A stretch of 12,125 nt of DNA from an uncultured Nitrososphaerota archaeon (GCA_963718895.1 CAVRAG010000006.1:1-12125); one strand, 5' to 3'; shown: positions 1 through 6,233, counted from the first letter of the stretch. Program-made: numbers and translations. The notes: generated from the letters alone by a model not told the origin.

Positions 1-292
1 CAACAGGACTTTTGGAGATGGTTTTAAGGGTTCGCGCTTTTAGGCGTGAAAGCTGCGCTTCCGGTTGGGGGTCACGAGAGACAGCGCGAGTGTTTCCGCA
101 ACAAGACGGTCAGGTTGCGCAGTTATCCAATGTTTCATGGACTTATCGTACGCCCGACGGCGTATCAGAATCTAACGACAATCGGTTGCCGAGCGATAGT
201 CCAAGGTCAAGTTCTTGCTCATCGTTTGATGGAAGATTTGGACCAGAATATGAATCCCAAATTCAGGTAGATGAATCCAGAATCGCGGAGAC

Positions 293-298
293 TTATAT
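293..298 (+). promoter_or_regulatory. Putative archaeal TATA box (TTATAT) for the surface-protein gene
   Basis: TTATAT follows purine-rich GGAGA and lies 33-38 nt upstream of in-frame TTG 331. Confidence 0.5.
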
Positions 299-330
299 CG
301 GTCGTCGTCCCAGGAAATGGCGAAGCAGTC

Positions 331-1132
331 TTGCGACTTGGACACAGGGGCATTCTTGTCTCGTCCTTGGTAGGGGGGTTCTTGCTCGTATTGATGCCCC
401 TTCTGCCCATCGCATCGGCCAATACCGGCGGTATCTCTGCGTCCCCTGGTGTGGCTCCTCCCAATACAACCGTCTCAATTCAGATTTCGGCAACCGCTAG
501 CCTGCCAACCCCTAGCGGATACTCCAACGTACCCTTCTTCGTCGCCGTTCTCACACCGTCCGGCTACACGTTTGGATGCATAAGTGGCTCATCGGCATGC
601 GACATCTCGGGGTTCACCGCTTCGAGTCCGGGAACCTACCAGTGCGACATCCCGTTCGGCGGGGCTGCGTCGACCTTAGCACTCACAACCACAGGGGGTG
701 TCGAGCGCGTCGGACTGCTCTGGAAGCGACTCTGGAACTTGGACGGGCATGAGTTCTACCTTGTGCGGTGGCGTGGCGCCTGAGGGCGCGAACTGTGTCG
801 GAGTCACGGGCTTTAACGATCTGGTAACCGGCTGCACAGGCACATCAAGCTACTTCATCGGTTTTGGGATTCCTAACCCTCCCCCATCCGCAGGCGACAC
901 CTCCCAGTCAGGGACCTACAGTGTGGTCGTCTGTTGGGACTTCTCCACGCAGAACCCCAACGGCGGCACCCCTCAGTTCACCAGCGCGGCATACACCACA
1001 ACATTCGAGATTACCCCGCCCTCTGGAGTTCCCGAATTCCCGTTGGGCCTCGGCCTAATTCTCGCCGTTGCGGTACCTATCCTGTTGGTCATGAGGGCAA
1101 AGTTCTCGGGCGCCCCGAAAACCTTCAGCTAA
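331..1132 (+). CDS. Secreted Cys/Ser/Thr/Gly-rich cell-surface protein with PEF-CTERM-type sorting signal; split by a +1 frameshift at G5 694-698
   Basis: ORF 271..783 gives a signal peptide (RLGHRG-hydrophobic-PIASA|N). ORF 698..1132 ends VPEFPLGLGLILAVAVPILLVMRAK (PEF motif at 1031-1039, TM helix, basic tail). Removing one G at 694-698 joins them (TTGVSSASDC). The joined protein has eight Cys. TTG 331 is preferred over ATG 271 from TATA spacing. Confidence 0.8.
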
Positions 1133-1377
1133 GCCTGAGCACCTCCCGGCGCCCTGGCGCGAACCGGTACTCAGAAGCATGAGGTGTTTGGGTCGGCGAG
1201 CTTCGACCGGTATACTTCCGCTCGATGAATTTGAATTGGTTTGATTACTGGGCCGAACCGTAGTCCACACAGAATAATGGACAGCGGTCTCACTCGGAAT
1301 CGTGTTAGGTTTGGAGAAAATGAGATTTCTTTTCTCCAGCAGCTCATGCGCACGAAATTAGGGGCTGTAAGACAAGG

Positions 1378-1407
1378 CTTAAGTATACAGAATATTATTA
1401 CGTATAC
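1378..1407 (+). promoter_or_regulatory. Leaderless TA-operon promoter with two GTATAC palindromes (putative autorepression operator)
   Basis: CTTAAGTA at 1378-1385 lies ~25-32 nt before ATG 1410. GTATAC occurs at 1383-1388 and 1402-1407. Confidence 0.55.
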
Positions 1408-1409
1408 CT

Positions 1410-1724
1410 ATGACAGAGGTCCTCTCGGTCAAGGTGGACAGTGAAAAGCTCAAGCAGATTGAAGAGATAGCCCGCGAAGAGCAGAGCGACAAGTCTACGA
1501 CGGCCAGACGGCTTCTCGACATGGGGATGAAGGAGTGGAAGGTCAACAAGGCGGTCGAGAATTTCAGGCGAGGCAAGCTGTCCCTGTGGAGGGGTGCCGC
1601 CACTGCGGGGGTTTCATTGAGGGAGTTCACCGAGATCCTTGACGAAAGGAAGGTCGCCTGGGTCGGGGTCAGCGCCCGCGAGCTCGAGGCTGAAGTGAAG
1701 GCCATCGAAGAAGAGACCCGTTGA
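1410..1724 (+). CDS. UPF0175 (COG2886) family antitoxin with N-terminal RHH-like segment
   Basis: N-terminal beta-helix-helix pattern (VLSVKVDSEKLKQIEEIA...DKSTTARRLL) and the UPF0175-like AVENFRRGKLSLWRGAATAGVSLREFTEIL. TTGA overlap with the downstream PIN gene. Confidence 0.85.
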   Translation: MTEVLSVKVDSEKLKQIEEIAREEQSDKSTTARRLLDMGMKEWKVNKAVENFRRGKLSLWRGAATAGVSLREFTEILDERKVAWVGVSARELEAEVKAIEEETR

Positions 1725-2257
1725 AGGCCAAGTTCGTCTTCGACGCAACCCCGCTAATCCATCTCGCCAAGGCCGGGCTGAGTCCGCTGATAGTTGCGCT
1801 CGAGGGCGAGAAATACACTGTTCCCGCCGTCTTTGACGAGGTTGTCAGAAAAGGGAAAGAGATGGACTATCCTGACGCTGCGAGCACGGCTTCTTTGATA
1901 GACGAGGGCGTACTCAAGGTCGGGGCTCCCCTAAGGAAAAAGGCTGATGCGATAGCCAGGCTCCACAAGGACATTCATGCCGGCGAGACAGAGGTCATCG
2001 CATTAGCCAAGGAAACGAGCGCAATCGCGGTGATCGACGACCGAGTGGCCAGAACCGTCGCCAGGATCGAAGGGGTCCGCGTCGAAGGCTCCTACGGCGT
2101 CATTCTCAGAGCAGCGGCGAGAGACTCGTTATCAAAAGAAGAAGGCGAATCAGCACTAGGAGGGCTCATAGCCTCCGGATGGAGATGTGACGCTGAACTA
2201 TATGCTGTCCTGCTCAAGTCGCTGAGAGATATCGCGGAACGGCAAAGCACAACCTGA
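1721..2257 (+). CDS. PIN-domain ribonuclease toxin, DUF3368/COG2405 (VapC-like)
   Basis: VFDATPLIHL, VPAVFDEV, IHAGETEVIALA, VIDDRVAR and GSYGVI retain the acidic PIN residues. Translationally coupled to the antitoxin. Confidence 0.88.
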   Translation: MKAKFVFDATPLIHLAKAGLSPLIVALEGEKYTVPAVFDEVVRKGKEMDYPDAASTASLIDEGVLKVGAPLRKKADAIARLHKDIHAGETEVIALAKETSAIAVIDDRVARTVARIEGVRVEGSYGVILRAAARDSLSKEEGESALGGLIASGWRCDAELYAVLLKSLRDIAERQSTT

Positions 2258-2457
2258 TCGGCTGGATTGTCTCAAGTTCGGACGACCCAAGCCTCCTCTT
2301 CCTCCGCGGTCTTTCCATCCTCGTCCCTACGACCTTCCTGAGGGGCTTGCACTGCTTCCTGACTGTCGCCTCTCCCCACCCCTGCGGCGTCCGCCGCGTC
2401 AATCTGGGTCAGCGCCTCGCCGTTCAGCAGCGACGCCAGATAGAGGGCCGAAGCCGC
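2214..2457 (-). pseudogene. tfb: C-terminal remnant of a transcription initiation factor IIB (TFB) paralogue
   Basis: The minus strand reads AASALYLASLLNGEALTQIDAADAAGV, then after a one-base shift at 2374-2377 GEATVRKQCKPLRKVV. This matches the end of TFB cyclin repeat 2 and its BRE-binding HTH (cf. AAALYIAS...TQREVAEVARVTEVTVRNRYKEL). Upstream the frame has no TFB similarity and hits TAG at 2521-2523. Confidence 0.75.
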
Positions 2458-2615
2458 ATGGCTTGAGCCAGTCCATAGTTCAACGCGTGAATGAAATGAC
2501 CCGGCAGAGTCGCATGAACCCTACATGGCGAGTCTTTCGCAAAGATCAGTGGTCGCCATCTTGTGGCGATTGTGTGGGACGCGGTCGAAAGCCTCCTTCA
2601 AGTGTACCGCCCACC

Positions 2616-2652
2616 GAAGATGTCTTTAGAGAGTCAATCCTGACAAGCGTCA
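2616..2652 (+). promoter_or_regulatory. Leaderless promoter with GTCA-N4-TGAC-N4-GTCA operator-like array
   Basis: GAAGA (BRE-like) precedes TTTAGA at 2625-2630. GTCA 2633-2636, TGAC 2641-2644 and GTCA 2649-2652 lie directly before ATG 2653. Confidence 0.5.
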
Positions 2653-3039
2653 ATGTTCAACAAGGAGGAGCTCAAGTACCTGAAGTCGCAGCTTCTCGCG
2701 AGGGTAGCCACGGCGACCGCCAAGGGCAAGCCGAACGTCGCCCCTGTAGGTTTCGAGTTCGACGACAAGTACTTCTACATTGGAAGCGTCAAACAGAAGA
2801 TCCTCCGGTCCACCCCGAGGTACCTCAACATCAAGAAAGGGAACTCGCAGGTCGCGCTGGTCATAGACGACCTCGTCTCGGTGGACCCGTGGAAGGTGCG
2901 CGGGATACGGGTGAACGGCGTGGCCGACATCGTGACTCACGACGGAGAGTTCGGCAAGGGCGAGTACATCCGCATCAAGCCCAAGGTCTCGTGGAGCTGG
3001 GGACTAGGCGACACGCGGGTCAAGACCGTCTGGAAGTAG
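2653..3039 (+). CDS. PPOX-class (split beta-barrel) probable F420-dependent oxidoreductase, MSMEG_5819-like
   Basis: YLKSQLLARVAT...GKPNVAPVGFEFD...NIKKGNSQVALVIDDLVSVDPWKVRGIRVNG is recognisable as this pyridoxamine-5'-phosphate-oxidase-like subfamily. Confidence 0.85.
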   Translation: MFNKEELKYLKSQLLARVATATAKGKPNVAPVGFEFDDKYFYIGSVKQKILRSTPRYLNIKKGNSQVALVIDDLVSVDPWKVRGIRVNGVADIVTHDGEFGKGEYIRIKPKVSWSWGLGDTRVKTVWK

Positions 3040-3114
3040 GACGCGCTGGTAGATATTCGGCAGAGCCACTCGGTCAGAGGACGACCAAAAACTGCGTGAC
3101 GCTTGCTCGTCCGG

Positions 3115-3468
3115 CTAGCGCCATTCTCTGCGGTGTCTGAGCAGGTCTGCAAACGTCCTGCCGCGCGACAGGTAGAAGCTGGCAGTCCCCAGGAGAGCCA
3201 TCGTGATGATGGTTGTCGCAACCTCTCCGTCGTTGAACGCGACAAACCCGCGCTCGATCGCCCAGCCGACGTAGGCCAACGCGACGAAGGGTATGGCAAT
3301 CGCGGCCGACCACAGCGCCATGCTCAGTTCCGCAGACTTACGGGAGATGGGGTCGTCTGCGTCTTTCCGCACGTCTTTGGTCAGGCCGTAAATCGAGAGG
3401 ACACCCAAAGTGAAGATTATGACGTCTATGATACCGTTCATCAGGTTGATTGTACTAGCGTCGGGCAT
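3115..3468 (-). CDS. Hypothetical small membrane protein (about 3 TM helices)
   Basis: Three hydrophobic segments with charged loops and a basic C-tail (RHRREWR). An AT-rich TATA-like stretch at 3501-3510 lies ~33-42 nt upstream. Confidence 0.7.
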   Translation of the reverse strand: MPDASTINLMNGIIDVIIFTLGVLSIYGLTKDVRKDADDPISRKSAELSMALWSAAIAIPFVALAYVGWAIERGFVAFNDGEVATTIITMALLGTASFYLSRGRTFADLLRHRREWR

Positions 3469-3593
3469 TCAGACCACACACGCTCTTGGCCGGACCGCGC
3501 TATTTACAAACGATGCAGCGAGTTGCAACACACTTGCAGGCATTGCGTGAGAAACTGGAAGGGATTCAATCGGAGAACGCCTCCTGCAGCAGT

Positions 3594-3658
3594 TGCCGAT
3601 GATGACGCCGCGTCAGCGCCTAAGGTGGGGCAGGGTCGCCTGTCGGCTCATGAGGCGC
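3594..3658 (+). ncRNA. Candidate K-turn / box C/D-like small RNA
   Basis: Exact box C ATGATGA at 3599-3605 and D-like ATGA at 3650-3653. Terminal stem (T)GCC 3594-3597 pairs with GGC(G) 3654-3657 with a 3-nt bulge. Length is ~62 nt and intergenic. Internal C'/D' boxes are weak and I identified no target. Confidence 0.35.
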
Positions 3659-3675
3659 ATTCCCTGTGCTCGTGG

Positions 3676-4434
3676 CTACTCCTCGTACTCCTCGCCGCCA
3701 CCGAAGATCCTCGCGAACTCGCCTATGAGCCCGACGAAGCCCTCCCGGGTGTAGGAGGAGACGGGGAAAAGGCCGAGCGCGAGGGATGACTTCTTCAGAG
3801 ACCGGAAGAGCTGCGAGTAGAACGAGTACTCTGATCCCGACTTGAGCTTCGAGAGCGCCTCCTCGTAGGCAGTCGCGTCCTTCGTCCACCTGACCATCTC
3901 ACGTATCATGGGCTTCGCCAGGTCGGTCTTGGAGAGCACCTGGATCTGCGGAAGCTCCATCCTCAGCTGGACCGAGGTCGAGAGAAGCGCGAGCGAGAGG
4001 AAGTTGGTTGGAGACGAAGCCACCAGGGAGTCCATCAGAAAGAGCAGCACCTTGGACTCCGCCTGGAGCCCCTTGGCGATGAAAGGCCCGCTCTCCCTGA
4101 ACGCGAAGAGCTCTATCTGGCCCGGGGTGTCTACGACGACAAAGTCCGCGGTCGTCCCGTCTATCTCCTCCTGTATCTCGCTCAGCTTGCTCGCTATGAG
4201 GTCGTTGGCGAATATCAGGGCGCCGTTCGGGCCGAGCGAGTAGTCGGTCATTATCTGCTGCATGTCAATCGAGTTCCTGATGTCCACGTCCGGGTCGTAG
4301 GGGAGGGTGAGCACCCCCGGGTCGAGGTTCACCGCTATGGCGTCCTGCGACTTCTCTCTGTACCAGCTGACGAGCGAGGAGGTGAGCAGGGACTTGCCTG
4401 CGCCTGCGGTGCCCGTGATGTAGATTATGTTCAT
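3676..4434 (-). CDS. GPN-loop GTPase (archaeal PAB0955-like)
   Basis: P-loop GTAGAGKS, NLDPG, LGPNGAL (GPN loop), DTPGQIELF and SKTD. Minus-strand TTATA at 4467-4463. Confidence 0.95.
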   Translation of the reverse strand: MNIIYITGTAGAGKSLLTSSLVSWYREKSQDAIAVNLDPGVLTLPYDPDVDIRNSIDMQQIMTDYSLGPNGALIFANDLIASKLSEIQEEIDGTTADFVVVDTPGQIELFAFRESGPFIAKGLQAESKVLLFLMDSLVASSPTNFLSLALLSTSVQLRMELPQIQVLSKTDLAKPMIREMVRWTKDATAYEEALSKLKSGSEYSFYSQLFRSLKKSSLALGLFPVSSYTREGFVGLIGEFARIFGGGEEYEE

Positions 4435-4483
4435 CGCTTCACCACTGTGCCCGGGCCGCCCCTATAACTGGGCATATGGGGGC

Positions 4484-5297
4484 TCAGCCCGTTCTCGTCT
4501 GCCTGGCGATGGTCCCGCCCGCCCGGGCCACCCTCTCGGCGAAGAACTCGGCTATCGCAAGGCATTCTGAGTTCGATCTCTCCTTCACCGTCGACACGAC
4601 GACCATATCGAGCTCGACGTGCGACTTTCCGCTCCTCAGACCCTTCGGGTGCGACTTGATGTACGCCGACGGGTGCAGCCTGACGGCCTCTGCGATGTCC
4701 GGGGTCAGGGTCGACTCGAAGGCGCCCTCGAGCTGCATCACGATCTTGGTGGTGTAGAGGCGCCCCGTCTTCCGGAGTATCTCAGGGTGCACCGAGCGGG
4801 TGTAGATGCTCTTCATCTCGTGCGGTACTCCCGGGAGGCAGAAGATCGACCGTCCCGGATTTCTCGATCCTGACCCCCGGCGCCGTCCCCGGCTCGTTGG
4901 TCAAAGGCGCGCTACCCTCGGGTATCACTGCCATCTTCCTGCGGGCAGGGGTCATCTCGATCTCGCTCCTCCCAGTCTTGATGTAGTGCTCCCTGATCAG
5001 CTGGAGGGCCGCCGCGTTGGGCCTCACTCTCCTGCCGAGAGCCCGCGCCACCCCCTTCAGCGTCATGTCGTCTGGTGTGGGGCCTAGGCCTCCGACGACG
5101 ACGATGAAGTCAGGCTTCCTCTCGAGCAGCTCGAGGAGCCCCGACGAGATCTCGTCCAGGGAGTCGGTGACCGTCAGGATCCTGTCGATCATGGTCCCGA
5201 TCCCGAAGAGCCTCGCGCCGAGCCAGGTCGCGTTCGTGTTGGTCGTCTTGCCGATTAGAAGCTCCTTTCCGACGCAGAGGCTGGAAACTGATACCAT
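4484..5297 (-). CDS. COG1058 / CinA-N-terminal-like (molybdopterin-binding fold) pyrophosphatase; +1 frameshift near 4847-4851
   Basis: VGKELLIGKTTNTN, VGGLGPTPDDMT, RRKMAVIP and NEPGTAPG. Removing one base restores IFCLPGVPHEMK and joins ORFs 4782..5348 and 4484..4816. The C-terminal YIKSHPKG is typical of archaeal members. ATG 5297 chosen by TATA spacing. Confidence 0.88.
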
Positions 5298-5313
5298 CTG
5301 GTGGTCAGGGTAT

Positions 5314-5334
5314 TGAAACGTTAAAATGTTCTTC
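5314..5334. promoter_or_regulatory. Bidirectional promoter: one TTAAAA/TTTTAA box with BRE-like purine tracts on both strands
   Basis: The box at 5321-5326 is 24-29 nt from ATG 5297 (-) and 25-30 nt from GTG 5351 (+). TGAAACG and GAAGAACA lie upstream on the respective strands. Confidence 0.6.
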
Positions 5335-5350
5335 GACGGTCGATCCACAA

Positions 5351-5806
5351 GTGCGAAGCAGAAGAGAGTATCCCGAGCACCCCCTGGTCGGGGTCGGCGG
5401 GTTCATCCACAAAGAAGGCAAGGTGCTCCTGATACGGAGGAAGTTTGATCCGAACAAGGGAAGGTGGGCGCCGCCCGGGGGGCTCCTTGAGATCGGGGAG
5501 GATCCGCAAGAGGCCGCGCGCCGGGAGGTCCGGGAAGAGCTCGGGCTCGAGGTGGAGGTGGAGGGCCCGTTCCAGGTCGCGAACGAGGTGATAAAGGACG
5601 AGGAGGGAAGGATAAAGTATCATTTCGTCCTTGTTGACTATCTCATGAGGCCTCTCGGAGAGAAGGTAACCCTCAACGAGGAGTCGGACGAGTACGCCTG
5701 GTTCGAGCCCTCTGCCGTCGAAGTCCTGGAGGCGACGGCGAACACGAAGCTGATAACGAGGAAGTTTGCGGAGGTTATTAAGGAGAGACGAGGATCTCAG
5801 TCATAG
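5351..5806 (+). CDS. Nudix hydrolase (ADP-ribose pyrophosphatase-like)
   Basis: Complete Nudix box GGLLEIGEDPQEAARREVREELGL, with N-terminal REYPEHPLVGVG and YHFVLVDY. The substrate is inferred. Confidence 0.92.
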   Translation: MRSRREYPEHPLVGVGGFIHKEGKVLLIRRKFDPNKGRWAPPGGLLEIGEDPQEAARREVREELGLEVEVEGPFQVANEVIKDEEGRIKYHFVLVDYLMRPLGEKVTLNEESDEYAWFEPSAVEVLEATANTKLITRKFAEVIKERRGSQS

Positions 5807-5808
5807 GC

Positions 5809-6057
5809 CTACTTCTTCTCCTTCTTGTCCTTCAGCCACCAGTCGAGATAGTCCGCCTGCTGCCGCTGCTTCTTCCGCATGTCATCGGTGCCCAGGTTCT
5901 TCGCCTTGAATCGCAGGTCCGAGAGTTGCTCCCTGGTCAGGAAGAGGCCGCACTTTTTACACGAAAACCGCTTGTTGACCGCGTCAAAGAGAAGAGGCCC
6001 CCCACACTCGGGACAGAACTGGTCCAATGCGTTCACGAATAAGGTCGAACTTCCCAT
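5809..6057 (-). CDS. Small C4 zinc-ribbon protein of unknown function (true start may be GTG 6036 or TTG 6027)
   Basis: CPECGG...CKKCG followed by a helical tail ending DYLDWWLK. TTAA at 6064-6061 favours a downstream start. Confidence 0.8.
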   Translation of the reverse strand: MGSSTLFVNALDQFCPECGGPLLFDAVNKRFSCKKCGLFLTREQLSDLRFKAKNLGTDDMRKKQRQQADYLDWWLKDKKEKK

Positions 6058-6103
6058 ACATTAACTCTTTGGTGATTTTGTGAAGCGGGCGAGAGAAGAG
6101 GGA

Positions 6104-6191
6104 CTGCCGTCGATGCCGTTCAATTCGAGGGAGCACCGCCTACAACTTTGATGACGGCGGACTCCCAGGCAGCGATATCCGATGACGGCAG
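6104..6191. ncRNA. Candidate structured intergenic RNA (four nested helices)
   Basis: CTGCCGTC 6104-6111 pairs with GACGGCAG 6184-6191, TGCC 6114-6117 with GGCA 6168-6171, GGGAG 6129-6133 with CTCCC 6162-6166, and CCGCC 6136-6140 with GGCGG 6156-6160. Confidence 0.45.
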
Positions 6192-6208
6192 AGAAATTCG
6201 TTAAATAA
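6192..6208 (+). promoter_or_regulatory. BRE/TATA promoter of the prs-trm11-rnz operon
   Basis: AGAAA precedes TTAAATAA at 6201-6208, which lies 26-33 nt upstream of TTG 6234. Confidence 0.65.
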
Positions 6209-6233
6209 GCTGCGATAGAAGCTCGGTCGAGAG

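Noticed and set aside
12-500. ORFs 12..500 and 46..270, and small hairpins within 30-120
   Set aside because: No recognisable motifs. ORF 12..500 overlaps the better-supported surface-protein gene and its promoter, and the hairpins are only 6-7 bp.
1-2460. Integrated mobile element with tfb as attachment site
   Set aside because: No integrase, transposase or att direct repeat is visible, and the orientation of the tfb 3' remnant does not fit an element lying to its left.
3599-3615. Hammerhead ribozyme or fluoride riboswitch core
   Set aside because: No CTGANGA-stem-GAAA arrangement and no crcB-type pseudoknot pattern.
3641-3651. TGTCGGCTCAT resembles the 23S rRNA peptidyl-transferase region
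   Set aside because: It is the same sense as rRNA on the strand carrying the C/D-like boxes, so it cannot be that RNA's guide. It is too short for an rRNA fragment.
2463-3789. Long alternative ORFs 2463..3140 and 3103..3789
   Set aside because: They overlap well-supported genes in another frame or strand and have Arg/Pro-rich shadow-ORF composition typical of GC-rich DNA.
6112-6142. tRNA, split tRNA or permuted tRNA around GTTCAATTC
   Set aside because: The T-stem has only 2 bp and no acceptor, D or anticodon arms could be built.
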